DNA of 62,464 nt from Bradyrhizobium sp. (GCF_049691595.1 NZ_JBAVNZ010000334.1:1-62464), one strand, 5' to 3'; counted from the first letter of the stretch, positions 8,407 to 19,915 are shown. Program-made: numbers and translations. Notes: generated from the sequence alone by a model not told the origin.

Positions 8407-10128
8407 ATGACCGCAGAAACCGTCATCGGTGCCGTCCCTGCGCAGGCAGAGTTCCGCACCTGTCAATATACCGGCCTCAAGGTCGATACCGCGGCGCAGG
8501 CGCTGATCAAGGCAAATGCCGTAGCCGCGGTGGTGTTTCTCGCCATCGGCGGGCTGATGGGCCTGCTGGTTGCGTTGACGCGCTGGCCGGCGGTGCATCT
8601 GCTCCCGGCCGACTGGTTCTACCTGATCCTGACCGGGCACGGGGCCAACGTGCTGCTGTTCTGGATCATCTTCTTCGAAATCGCGGTGCTCTATTTCGCG
8701 TCCGCCATCCTGCTCAATTCGCGGCTGGCGGCGCCAAAGCTTGCCTGGCTCGGTTTCGTCCTCATGGTGGTCGGCGCGATCGCCACGAACGTGGCGGTGC
8801 TGCAGGGCGATTCCAGCGTGATGTTCACATCCTATCCGCCGATGAAGGCCCAGCCGCATTTCTATCTCGGCCTGATCCTGTTCGCGGTCGGCGCGCTGAT
8901 TGGCTGCGCGATCTTCTTCGCGACGCTCGTCATCGCCAAGGAGGAAAAAACCTATGAGGGCTCGATTCCGCTGGTGACCTTCGGCGCGCTCACCGCCGCC
9001 ATCATCGCGGTGTTCACGATCGCCTCGGGCGCGATCATCCTGGTCCCGACCTGGCTGTGGTCGCTCGGCCTGATCAACGACATCGATCCCCTGATGTACA
9101 AGGTGGTGTGGTGGGCGATGGGCCATTCCTCGCAGCAGATCAACGTCTCGGCGCATGTATCGCTCTGGTACCTGACCGCAGCACTTCTGGTCGGCGCCAA
9201 GCCGTTGAGCGAGAAGGTGAGCCGTACCGCCTTCTTCATGTACATCCTGTTCCTGCAGCTCGCCTCGGCGCACCATCTGCTGGCCGATCCTGCGCTGGAT
9301 GCGAGCTGGAAGATCGTCAACACCAGCTACATGATGTATCTGGCCGTGCTCGGCTCGATGGTTCACGGCCTGACCGTGCCGGGAGCGATCGAAGCGGCGC
9401 AGCGCAAGAACGGCTATAATCGCGGCGTGTTCGAATGGCTGCGCAAGGCGCCGTGGGGTCATCCGGCCTTCGCCGGAATGTTCCTGTCGCTGGTGTTCTT
9501 CGGCTTCATCGGCGGCATCTCCGGCGTCGTGCTGGGCACCGAACAGCTCAACGTGCTGATGCACAATACGATCTACGTGCCCGGCCACTTTCACGGCACC
9601 GTGGTGGCTGGGACGACGCTCGCCTTCATGGGCGCGACCTATCTCGTACTGCCGCTGGTGTTCGAGCGCGAAATCCTCTTTCCGAAGCTCGCCAAGATCC
9701 AGCCCTATCTGTTCGGGATCGGCGCCGCCGGCATCTCGCTGTTCATGATGGGGGCCGGCACGCTCGGCGTCGCGCGCCGGCATTGGGACATCACCTTCAG
9801 CGACGCCAATCTGTCATTCGCTCACTCCGCCGGCGCGTTCCTGATGATGGGCCTCAACGGCATCTTCGCGATCATCGCTGCGCTCGGCGGCATCATCTTC
9901 ATACTGGTCGTCGTGGGCACGGTATTCTTCGGCGAGAAGATCAAGGCCGGTCACAAATTGACCTTCCCGCTGCACGCCGGAGGCGGCGCGGCAGCTTCGC
10001 ACTATGGCAGCGAGAAGACACCAAAACTTCCGGGCACGGTGATTTTGGTCGCGATCTTCTTTGTCTGCTTCGTCCTCTACTACTTCATCAACTGGAAATA
10101 TCTGTCGGAACTCTGGCTGTTCCGCTGA
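8407..10128 (+). CDS. Heme-copper oxidoreductase subunit I, probable eNOR-type nitric oxide reductase
   Basis: Six conserved His (H78, H240, H289/H290, H394/H396); H240-S-S-Q-Q244 in place of H-P-x-V-Y; Glu329 after helix VIII. Confidence 0.85.
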   Translation: MTAETVIGAVPAQAEFRTCQYTGLKVDTAAQALIKANAVAAVVFLAIGGLMGLLVALTRWPAVHLLPADWFYLILTGHGANVLLFWIIFFEIAVLYFASAILLNSRLAAPKLAWLGFVLMVVGAIATNVAVLQGDSSVMFTSYPPMKAQPHFYLGLILFAVGALIGCAIFFATLVIAKEEKTYEGSIPLVTFGALTAAIIAVFTIASGAIILVPTWLWSLGLINDIDPLMYKVVWWAMGHSSQQINVSAHVSLWYLTAALLVGAKPLSEKVSRTAFFMYILFLQLASAHHLLADPALDASWKIVNTSYMMYLAVLGSMVHGLTVPGAIEAAQRKNGYNRGVFEWLRKAPWGHPAFAGMFLSLVFFGFIGGISGVVLGTEQLNVLMHNTIYVPGHFHGTVVAGTTLAFMGATYLVLPLVFEREILFPKLAKIQPYLFGIGAAGISLFMMGAGTLGVARRHWDITFSDANLSFAHSAGAFLMMGLNGIFAIIAALGGIIFILVVVGTVFFGEKIKAGHKLTFPLHAGGGAAASHYGSEKTPKLPGTVILVAIFFVCFVLYYFINWKYLSELWLFR

Positions 10129-10157
10129 TCGCCGTCGATACTCAGGGAGGAAATCAC

Positions 10158-11030
10158 ATGCGCGCCGCAGTCGGGATGACGATCTCGCTCCTGAAGCTCA
10201 GGATCGGAGTCGCGATTGCGGCAAGCGCACTGGCCGGAATCGCGGTCGCGAGCGGCCCGGCGTTGGCGTGGTGGCAAATCATCGGGCTCGCTTTGGCTGT
10301 CCTGGGCGCTTCCGGAGCGGCAGGCGCCTTCAACCATTACTACGAACGCGATCTCGACCGGCTGATGCGGCGTACCCGCGCCCGCCCGTTCGCCAGCGGA
10401 ACGTTCAAGCCGAGTCCGTGGTGGCTGGTCGGATTTGTCGGACTGCTCGCAGCCTCGCTCGGGCTGGCGTCGGTGACCGCAGGCAACGTGGCGGCGGGCT
10501 ACGTCTTCCTCGGCGCGTTCACCTACGGCATCCTCTACACGGTGTGGCTGAAGCGCCGCAGCACATGGAACATCGTAATTGGTGGTCTTGCCGGAAGTTT
10601 CGCCGTTCTGGCAGGAGCTGCGGCCGTCGACCCGTCGCCGCAGGTGATCCCGACCGCGCTGGCGGTGGCGCTGTTCCTGTGGACGCCCCCGCACTTCTGG
10701 AGCCTCGCGGCAGCCAAGGGCCAGGACTACGCCAACGCCGGCATTCCGATGTTGCCGGTGGTTGTTCCGGCCTATGCTTGGACATTGGCGATTCTAGTCC
10801 ATTCGGTCGCGCTCGCCGCAGTTTCGCTGGTGCCGCTGTGGTTTGGCGAAGGGCTGCTTTATGGGCTCGGCGCCGGAATTGGCGGCAGCTATTTCGTCTG
10901 GAAGAGCGTGAAGCTGTATCGCGTCCCCTCCAAGGAGAATGCGATGGCGAACTTCTTCGCTTCGCTGGTGCAACTGGCGCTCTTGATCGCCGGGGCGCTG
11001 CTCGCCAGCGCCGTCAGGCATTGGTTATGA
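10158..11030 (+). CDS. ctaB: Protoheme IX farnesyl(prenyl)transferase (heme o synthase)
   Basis: GGAGG RBS; NHYYERDLDRLMRRTRARP, YTVWLKRR, FLWTPPHFWSL, DYANAGIPMLP. Confidence 0.93.
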   Translation: MRAAVGMTISLLKLRIGVAIAASALAGIAVASGPALAWWQIIGLALAVLGASGAAGAFNHYYERDLDRLMRRTRARPFASGTFKPSPWWLVGFVGLLAASLGLASVTAGNVAAGYVFLGAFTYGILYTVWLKRRSTWNIVIGGLAGSFAVLAGAAAVDPSPQVIPTALAVALFLWTPPHFWSLAAAKGQDYANAGIPMLPVVVPAYAWTLAILVHSVALAAVSLVPLWFGEGLLYGLGAGIGGSYFVWKSVKLYRVPSKENAMANFFASLVQLALLIAGALLASAVRHWL

Positions 11031-11830
11031 CCAGGGGCTGCGTTGCGGCATGTGCGGCGACCGCGCTCGCTTGTGTGTTGGTCGCGCCGGTTTCCGCCGC
11101 GCCCGCGTCGCCGCAGCTCGATCCCGCCGCGACGGTCGCCAAGGGAACGCTGGCGCTTGGACGCGCCCTCGGCAGCTACACGCTGGTCGACATGAACGGC
11201 GCGCTATTGGCGCTGCGCGACTACCGCGGCAAGCCGCTGGTGATCAGCCTGGTCTACACGGCCTGCAGTTCGGCTTGCCCGCCGACCACCCAGCATGTCA
11301 TCGACGCCGTGAACGAGGCGGGACGGATGATCGGACTGGACCGCTTCAACGTGCTCACGGTCGGCTTCGACGCGCGCAACGATACGCCGGCGCGGCTGAC
11401 CCAGTTCGCATCGATCCAGGGTATCAAATCGCCGAACTGGCGGGTGGCCAGCGCCGATCCCGCGACCATCGAAGCGCTGCTGGGCGACCTCGGCTTCAGC
11501 TACCGCGCGGTAGCCGGCGGCTTCGATCATTTGACGCAGACCACGGTCGTCGACCGCGAGGGCCGGATCTACCGCCACGTCTATGGCGAGGAATTTCCGC
11601 TGCAGATGTTCATGGAGCCGCTCAAAGACGTCGTCTACGGCACCACGACCTCGTTCACGTTCCGCGGAATCGTGGACCGCATCAAGTTCATCTGCACCGC
11701 CTACGATCCCGGCTCCGGCCGCTACCGTATCGATTTCGGGCTGGTGTTCGGCGGCGTGATCGCGGCATTCTCCCTCCTCGTCATGGGCGCCCTCATTCTG
11801 CGGGAATGGTTTCGCTCGGCGCACGCGTGA
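11027..11830 (+). CDS. SCO family copper chaperone with C-terminal TM
   Basis: YTACSSACP (CxxxC) and FDH His; ATGA overlap with ctaB. Confidence 0.88.
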   Translation: MTRGCVAACAATALACVLVAPVSAAPASPQLDPAATVAKGTLALGRALGSYTLVDMNGALLALRDYRGKPLVISLVYTACSSACPPTTQHVIDAVNEAGRMIGLDRFNVLTVGFDARNDTPARLTQFASIQGIKSPNWRVASADPATIEALLGDLGFSYRAVAGGFDHLTQTTVVDREGRIYRHVYGEEFPLQMFMEPLKDVVYGTTTSFTFRGIVDRIKFICTAYDPGSGRYRIDFGLVFGGVIAAFSLLVMGALILREWFRSAHA

Positions 11831-11861
11831 GCGGCCGGGGCCGGATGAAACGGAGAGCAAT

Positions 11862-13457
11862 GTGATCGGCGCCATCCGCGGCGTGCTTCGGGCAGGCTTT
11901 TCGTTGATCGAGCGGCCGTTCGAGCGCCTGTTCACGCCGCAGCTCAATCCGCTCGCGCAGCTCGGCGCGCTCGGTTTCTTTTTCTTCTGGATCGTCGCGG
12001 TGAGCGGGATCTACCTGTTTATCTTCTTCGATACCGGCATCGAGCGGGCCTATCAATCGGTCGAACATATGACCCAGGTCTACTGGTTTCATGCCGGCGT
12101 GATGCGCAGCTTTCATCGCTATGCGTCGGATCTGATGGTCGTGATGGTGGTGGTGCATCTGCTGCGTGAATTCTCGCTCGATCATTATCGCGGTGTTCGA
12201 TGGTTCTCCTGGATCACCGGCCTGCCGATCATCTGGCTGCTCTACGCCTCGGGCATTACCGGCTACTGGCTGGTCTGGGACAAGCTTGCCCAGTATGTCG
12301 CCATCGTCTCGTCGGAGCTGCTGGACTGGCTTCCGATTTTCGGGGAGCCGATTGCGCGCAATTTCATTTCCACCGGTACGCTCACCAGCCGCTTCTTCTC
12401 GCTGATGGTGTTCATGCATGTGGCGGTGCCGCTGTTCCTGCTCTTCATCATGTGGATCCATATCATCCGCATCTCACGGCCGAAGATGAACCCGCCGCGG
12501 ACGCTCGCGCTGCTGTCGCTGGCGGCATTGCTCGCGGTATCGATCTGGAAGCCCGCGCTGTCGCAGGGCCACGCCGATCTGGCTAAGGTGCCAGCCGAGG
12601 TCGGTCTCGACTGGCTCTATCTGCCGCTCTATCCCCTGACCAACATCTGGGGCAACGGCGCGGTCTGGGCCTTTCTCGGCGCGTTCTCGCTGATGATCGC
12701 GCTGATGCCATGGCTGCCGCCGCTACGGCGGGTGAAGCCGGCGCAGATCGATCTTGAGCATTGCAATGGCTGCGCGCGATGTGCCGAGGATTGCCCTTAC
12801 GAAGCCATCCGCATGGTGCGTCGCACCGACGGCATGCCGTTTCCGACCCAGGCGGAGGTCAATCCGTCGCTGTGCGTGTCCTGCGGCATCTGCGTCGGCG
12901 CTTGCCCTTCCTCGACGCCGTTCCGCCGCTCGGAGGATCTCAAGACCGGTATAGATCTGCCCGACTATTCGCTGAAGGAATTGCGCGAGCGGGTCATCGC
13001 CGCCGCCGGTACGTTGACCAAGCCGGGGCGCGTGCTGGTGCTCGCCTGCGAACACGGCGCCGCCGGCGGACGCCTCGATGGAACGGTCGTCATGCCCTGT
13101 GTCGCGATGATGCCGCCGTCGCTGATCGACTTCGTCCTCAGCCGCGACCTCGCCGACGGCGTGGTGGTCGCGGGCTGCGCGGAGAGCGCCTGCTACAACC
13201 GCCTCGGTATCCAATGGACCGAGCAGCGCTTTGCCGGGCAGCGCGATCCCTATTTGCGCGCGCGGGTTCCGCGCGACCGGATTGCCACGATCTGGGCCTC
13301 CGCGCTCGAGGTGACCAAAGCCCAATCCGCCATCGCGTCATTCGCTGCCACTATTGCCCGCCTGCCGCCGCTGCGTCTGCGGTCTCCGCTGGCGACCAGC
13401 ATCGCGTCCCGCCCCGGCAAGAATCGTGAACCCGCCGAAGTGAAGGGGGATTCATGA
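11862..13457 (+). CDS. Cytochrome b (N-terminal) + 2x[4Fe-4S] + MvhD/FlpD-like [2Fe-2S] fusion protein
   Basis: RSFHRY/VHLLR/ITGYWLVWD/FMHV/WIHI cytochrome b motifs; CNGCARCAEDCP and CVSCGICVGACP; LACEH...PCVAM...GVVVAGCAESACYNRLG. Confidence 0.85.
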   Translation: MIGAIRGVLRAGFSLIERPFERLFTPQLNPLAQLGALGFFFFWIVAVSGIYLFIFFDTGIERAYQSVEHMTQVYWFHAGVMRSFHRYASDLMVVMVVVHLLREFSLDHYRGVRWFSWITGLPIIWLLYASGITGYWLVWDKLAQYVAIVSSELLDWLPIFGEPIARNFISTGTLTSRFFSLMVFMHVAVPLFLLFIMWIHIIRISRPKMNPPRTLALLSLAALLAVSIWKPALSQGHADLAKVPAEVGLDWLYLPLYPLTNIWGNGAVWAFLGAFSLMIALMPWLPPLRRVKPAQIDLEHCNGCARCAEDCPYEAIRMVRRTDGMPFPTQAEVNPSLCVSCGICVGACPSSTPFRRSEDLKTGIDLPDYSLKELRERVIAAAGTLTKPGRVLVLACEHGAAGGRLDGTVVMPCVAMMPPSLIDFVLSRDLADGVVVAGCAESACYNRLGIQWTEQRFAGQRDPYLRARVPRDRIATIWASALEVTKAQSAIASFAATIARLPPLRLRSPLATSIASRPGKNREPAEVKGDS

Positions 13458-13957
13458 CGAAGGTACTGAGGCTCGCAGGCCAGTTCGTGGTCATTGCCGC
13501 GCTGTTCGCCGGCGTGGCGTGGCTGTCCGACCGGCCGGTCTATCGGCAGATCCCCGAGGGTTCCGGCATGATGATGCTGACCTTCGTGCATGGCGCGGAC
13601 CGCAAGGGGGAATGCCGCAGGCTGACCCCGGAGGAAATCGCCAAGCTGGCGCCGAACATGCGCCGGGTGCAGGATTGCCCGCGGGTACGCCGGTCCCTCT
13701 ATGTCGAACTCGATATCGACGGCCGCAAGATCTATGCTGCGGAGCTGCCGCCGACCGGGATTGCCGGCGATGGCCCGTCGCGGGTCTATCAGCGCTTCGT
13801 GATGCCGGCCGGAAAATACGATGTCGCCGTGCGCATGCGAGACACCGCGCGCGCCGACGGTTTCGATCACGAGCGTCACGGTACCGTGGATTTCGCACCG
13901 AGCCAGATGTTCATCATCGACTACCGGCCGGAGAGCGGCGAGTTCATCTTTCGCTGA
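13454..13957 (+). CDS. Membrane-anchored conserved hypothetical protein (two Cys), partner of the cytochrome b fusion
   Basis: ATGA overlap; N-terminal TM; ECRRL...QDCPR. Confidence 0.75.
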   Translation: MTKVLRLAGQFVVIAALFAGVAWLSDRPVYRQIPEGSGMMMLTFVHGADRKGECRRLTPEEIAKLAPNMRRVQDCPRVRRSLYVELDIDGRKIYAAELPPTGIAGDGPSRVYQRFVMPAGKYDVAVRMRDTARADGFDHERHGTVDFAPSQMFIIDYRPESGEFIFR

Positions 13958-13967
13958 GGACGGGATC

Positions 13968-14372
13968 ATGGGCCTGCTGCATTGGGAGAAACGTTACAGC
14001 GTCGGAATTGCCGCTGTCGATCACGAGCATAGGGAGCTCATCGAACTCATCAATCGTCTGTACGACGAGGCAACGTCGCGCGGATCGAAGGACGCGGTTC
14101 TCGATTTCTTCGGCGACCTGTTCAAGGCAATCTCGGCTCATTTTGCGCTCGAGGAGCGTTTCATGCGAGAGCGTGGTTACAACCAACTGATCCAGCACAA
14201 GAATGATCATGAGCGTCTGCTGGACGAAATCCGCGACATCATGGAAGATTTTGAAGCCGGCGCCGGGGTCAACGAACAACTGCTCGCGCAAAGACTTGAT
14301 GCGTGGTTCTCCCGGCATTTCGAGACTCATGACGCGAGGTTGCACAAGGCGCTTGGGGCGCATCCCGAGTGA
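13968..14372 (+). CDS. Bacteriohemerythrin
   Basis: W...SVG...DHEH, HFALEE, HKNDH, WFSRHFETHD di-iron ligand pattern. Confidence 0.92.
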   Translation: MGLLHWEKRYSVGIAAVDHEHRELIELINRLYDEATSRGSKDAVLDFFGDLFKAISAHFALEERFMRERGYNQLIQHKNDHERLLDEIRDIMEDFEAGAGVNEQLLAQRLDAWFSRHFETHDARLHKALGAHPE

Positions 14373-14435
14373 AAAACGGTTTTTCGGAGTCCGGCCAGGT
14401 CAAATCGAGTACAACACATCCAGCAGAAGGAGACG

Positions 14436-14825
14436 ATGACGATGAAACGGCTTTTGACCGCAGTTGCGATCTCGATCGTATCGGTGGGCGGTGCAGGTGC
14501 GCAGGACGTGGCAGCCGGCGCAACCTCGTTCAAAAAGTGCGCCGCTTGTCACGATGTGGGTCCGACCGCGAAAAACAAGGTTGGTCCGTTGCTGAACGGC
14601 CTGGATGGCCGCAAATCCGGGGCGATGGCCGGATACAATTATTCCGATGGGAACAAGGGTTCCGGCATCACGTGGAACGAGGAATCGTTCCTGGACTACA
14701 TCAAGGATCCCAAGGCCAAGATCCCCAACACCAAGATGACGTTCGCCGGCATCAAGAATGAGAGCGAGGCGAAGAGTCTCTGGGCCTACCTCAAGCAGTA
14801 CGACGCAGACGGCAAGACCAAGTAG
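14436..14825 (+). CDS. Cytochrome c2/c550
   Basis: Signal peptide, CAACH, KNKVGPLLNG, PNTKMTFAG (Met ligand). Confidence 0.95.
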   Translation: MTMKRLLTAVAISIVSVGGAGAQDVAAGATSFKKCAACHDVGPTAKNKVGPLLNGLDGRKSGAMAGYNYSDGNKGSGITWNEESFLDYIKDPKAKIPNTKMTFAGIKNESEAKSLWAYLKQYDADGKTK

Positions 14826-14871
14826 CTGGGCGGCGCCGGCCGTCTTCCGGGTCGGTCGCGGCAGATGGATT

Positions 14872-15864
14872 TCAGTCTACGGTCCCATCGACCGGAGGCG
14901 AAATCCATCGCAGTTCGCGTCCATCATGGTCGGTAGCCCATATGACGGTTCCCGCAAAGCGCGGGACCAGAGCTTCGATTTCATCGCTCGAAGCGATGTA
15001 GAGGGCTGTCGACAGTGCGTCGGCGACGGCCGCGGAGCGATGATGCACCGTGATTTTCTTCCAATGTGCGGCGCTGCGGCCGCTGCGCGGATCGAAAATA
15101 TGATGCGCTGCCCCGGACGCACCGAGCACGCAGCCTGAGCCTTCCGATGTCGCAAGTGCGCCGCCGGTCAGTGCGAACGGCGCGGAATTGGCGCGGGCGA
15201 CCAGCCACGGCGCGCCGCCCTGGCGCGGACCGACCGCGCGCTGTTCTCCGAGGTCGACGAGTACATGCCGCAAGCCCTGTGAATACAGCAGGTCTGCGAC
15301 CCGGTCGGTCACATAACCCTGGCCCAGACCATTGAGCGTGAGGCGCTGATCCGCTCCGGTACGGATGGTGTCGGGCTCGAGCAGGATCCGGCGCCAGTCG
15401 ACCGCTGCACGCGTTTTGGCGATAATCCCGTCGGGGGGCAGGCCGGCATCGGGCGTCGCGGCAAACCAATCGACATGAGCTTCCCAGAGCGCCTGGACGG
15501 TCGGATCGAACAGGCCCCCGCTGCGGCCGGCGATGTCGAGCGCCAGCGCCAGCGCGCGGCGCATGTCGCCGCTCGGCGAATGCAGCACCTTGTCACGGTT
15601 CAGGCACCGCAATTCCGAGTCGGCCCGGAACAGACTCAGTGCATCTTCGAGACGATCGATTTCTGCCGCCGCGGCGGCGATCGCGCTTCGGGCGGCGTTC
15701 GATTCTACCCCGTTGAACAGGATGGTGGCGTCTGCGCCCATCGCAACGCCGCGCCATGCGTAGTCGGCCTCTTCGGGCCGGGCAGGGCCGCTGGTCACGG
15801 CGCTGGCGGCAGCGGCTGCGAAAATCGTGATGACGCGGCGGCGCGTCGGAGCGTCAGGTCGCAT
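14872..15864 (-). CDS. nirX: ApbE-family FAD:protein FMN transferase (NirX/NosX)
   Basis: Tat-like TRRRV; AMG, LSLFRADSEL, FDPTV, ATSE, HHIFDP, ADALSTAL; downstream of nirI. Confidence 0.88.
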   Translation of the reverse strand: MRPDAPTRRRVITIFAAAAASAVTSGPARPEEADYAWRGVAMGADATILFNGVESNAARSAIAAAAAEIDRLEDALSLFRADSELRCLNRDKVLHSPSGDMRRALALALDIAGRSGGLFDPTVQALWEAHVDWFAATPDAGLPPDGIIAKTRAAVDWRRILLEPDTIRTGADQRLTLNGLGQGYVTDRVADLLYSQGLRHVLVDLGEQRAVGPRQGGAPWLVARANSAPFALTGGALATSEGSGCVLGASGAAHHIFDPRSGRSAAHWKKITVHHRSAAVADALSTALYIASSDEIEALVPRFAGTVIWATDHDGRELRWISPPVDGTVD

Positions 15865-17989
15865 CGCCGGTTCCTTTCGATCGCACGCTTGCGGTGTTCG
15901 GCACCGCCGCGGCCGCGAGCGGCTGGCGCCGCGCCGCGCGCTTCTTAAGATGCAGGCAAACGTCATGGTCGAAGTAGTTTGCCTGGCATTTCAGGCAGTA
16001 GATGCATTCGTTGGGATTGATCTGCCCGAGCGGATGGATCGCCTGAACGGTGCAGCTCCGCGCGCAGACATGGCATTCCGAGCCGCATTCCCGGTAGCGC
16101 TTGAGCCATTCGAACATTCGCATGCGCGCCGGGATAGCCAGTGCCGCGCCGAGCGGGCAGAGGTAGCGGCAGTAGAACCGTTCGATGAACAGCCCGGCGA
16201 ACAGCAGGATTCCCGCGTAGAGCACGAACGGCCACTCGCGCAGGAATTTCATCGTGATCGCGGTCTTGAAAGGCTCGACCTCGGCGAACTGGAACGCGGT
16301 GATGATCGAGCGTAGCGAGATCGCGAGGATGCCGACGAAGGCCACATATTTGATCATCCAGAGCCGCTCGTGCAGCCCGAAGGGAATTTCGATCTGCTTG
16401 ATGCCGAGTCGCCGTGCGAGATGGTTCGTAAGTTCCTGCAGCGTCCCGAACGGGCAGAGCCAGCCGCAGAATACGCCGCGTCCCCAGAACAGCATGCTGA
16501 TCGCGACGAAGCTCCAGAGCAGGAACACCATGGGGTCGAGCAGAAACAGCTCCCAGCGGAATCCGGACAGCAAGGCATGAATGAAGGTCAGGACATTGAC
16601 GACTGACAACTGCGCGTTGGCGATCAGGCCAAGGAAAACGAAAGTCAGCAGCAGATAGCCGGTGCGCAGCCGATAATAGAAGCGGCCGTGCGCGGTCACC
16701 GTATCCTGGAAGATCAGGATGCCGCCGAGCACGGCAAGCATCGCCCCGAGCATCGCTATTTCGTAGCTTCGGGCCCACCAGATATCCTGCCATAGCGGCG
16801 CCTGGCCGGCCGCGGATTGCGCGGCCTTGTCGGGCAGTGCCGTTGCCGGCGCAACCACCGGCGCGACCAGATAGCGGTCGGGGATGCGGTAATCCAGCGA
16901 GACCACCGCCGGGCCAGCCGCGGCTGCCGGGGTGCCGAGATCGAGATCGAGCCGGAACGGCTTGGTCGAATCGAAGCCGCTCGCCCGCGCGATGCGAAAC
17001 ACCGCGATCTCGCGCAGTTCGGGCGCGCCCGCCGCCCGCAGCGCCTCGACCGGCGTATGGTCGGCGGGCCTCAGGCGGATGGCGCGGCCGCCCTGAATGA
17101 TTTCGATGCGGTTGAACGAATCGGACCGCCGCCATTCGGTACCCTTGAAGGAATAGAGTCCGGTCGCGCCGATCAGGACGAGATCGTCCTCGGGACCGAT
17201 CCTGGCCAGTTCGCTCTCGTAGATCCGCTGCCCCAGCAGGCTTTCGCCGATCGGCGGCGGGGTGGCGAGCGTCAGCCAGAGATCGATGAACGGCTTGTCC
17301 GGTTCGTTGTCCTTGGTGCCGAGCATTTTGGCCGCGTCACCGCGCAAGACCAGCAACCGTTGCACCGCGCCCTCGGCGAGCAGAGATTGCCAGGAAGACC
17401 GGCGCAGGGTTTCGCGGTCGAGCCGCGCCACATTTTCCGCCGCAGCGCCTCGGCTGCGCCATATCACCCGTGCCGAGCGGACGATGGCATCGCGAATGAC
17501 GGTGCTGGTGATGGTGGCGCCCGCCACCGCGTGCGGGCCGCGCGCGAGGTCGCTGGTTTGCTTGAGCCCGGCGCCGGCGCGGATATCGAATCCCTTGAAG
17601 CCCGCCACATAGGCGACGAGCGCCTCGCGCGGAATACCGATGACGAGAATCGGCTCTTCATGCGCCACGATCTGGGCGCCGGCAATGATGCCCTCGGGCG
17701 TGACCGCGGCGACGATATCGAGTGGGCGGCCGGCATAGCCGACCGAACCGGAAACCTCGTAGGTCGAGAAAGCGTAGCCCAGGATATGGCCGTCGGAGGC
17801 GCGGACGGTTGCGGCCGGTGGAGTGCCCTGCGGCTGCTCAATCGCCGAAAAATTGTCCGGTGGAAAAAATTGCTTGGCAATTCCGAGGTCGGCGGCTTGG
17901 GCGCCGCTCGCCGTCAGTACCATCGAAGCGAAAATGCGCGACATCCAGCGCGCTATGGAGAGCCTGCTCACGATGACGTTGCTTCGCAT
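15854..17989 (-). CDS. nirI: NirI/NosR family FMN-binding, Fe-S membrane protein
   Basis: AGATITS flavinylation motif; FCGWLCPFG, YCRYLCPLG and two ferredoxin-type Cys clusters; divergent from nirS. Confidence 0.92.
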   Translation of the reverse strand: MRSNVIVSRLSIARWMSRIFASMVLTASGAQAADLGIAKQFFPPDNFSAIEQPQGTPPAATVRASDGHILGYAFSTYEVSGSVGYAGRPLDIVAAVTPEGIIAGAQIVAHEEPILVIGIPREALVAYVAGFKGFDIRAGAGLKQTSDLARGPHAVAGATITSTVIRDAIVRSARVIWRSRGAAAENVARLDRETLRRSSWQSLLAEGAVQRLLVLRGDAAKMLGTKDNEPDKPFIDLWLTLATPPPIGESLLGQRIYESELARIGPEDDLVLIGATGLYSFKGTEWRRSDSFNRIEIIQGGRAIRLRPADHTPVEALRAAGAPELREIAVFRIARASGFDSTKPFRLDLDLGTPAAAAGPAVVSLDYRIPDRYLVAPVVAPATALPDKAAQSAAGQAPLWQDIWWARSYEIAMLGAMLAVLGGILIFQDTVTAHGRFYYRLRTGYLLLTFVFLGLIANAQLSVVNVLTFIHALLSGFRWELFLLDPMVFLLWSFVAISMLFWGRGVFCGWLCPFGTLQELTNHLARRLGIKQIEIPFGLHERLWMIKYVAFVGILAISLRSIITAFQFAEVEPFKTAITMKFLREWPFVLYAGILLFAGLFIERFYCRYLCPLGAALAIPARMRMFEWLKRYRECGSECHVCARSCTVQAIHPLGQINPNECIYCLKCQANYFDHDVCLHLKKRAARRQPLAAAAVPNTASVRSKGTGDAT

Positions 17990-18023
17990 GGGTTTGGATG
18001 GGCCGTTTTTGGCCAGGGCAGCA

Positions 18024-18037
18024 TTGAGCTATGTCAA
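18024..18037. promoter_or_regulatory. FNR/Dnr-like box TTGAGCTATGTCAA
   Basis: TTGA-N6-TCAA in the nirI-nirS divergent region. Confidence 0.6.
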
Positions 18038-18053
18038 ACTGCGTCAAACCGCG

Positions 18054-18073
18054 TCCTTGACCGCGGTCAAGGA
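18054..18073. promoter_or_regulatory. Dnr/Nnr/FNR box, perfect palindrome TCCTTGACCGCGGTCAAGGA
   Basis: Identical to 7514-7533; core ends 61 nt before the nirS ATG. Confidence 0.9.
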
Positions 18074-18103
18074 AACGCTGCCTCAGCTTGGGGCATAAGC
18101 TGA

Positions 18104-19915
<1,812 letters not shown>

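Noticed and set aside
8407..10128. Ordinary cytochrome c oxidase (aa3/ba3/cbb3) subunit I
   Set aside because: Lacks the HPxVY tyrosine (has HSSQQ), has a CuA rather than cytochrome c subunit II, and shares an operator with nirS
15854..17989. nosR / N2O reductase cluster
   Set aside because: No nosZ, nosD, nosF, nosY or nosL in the window; divergent position from nirS indicates nirI
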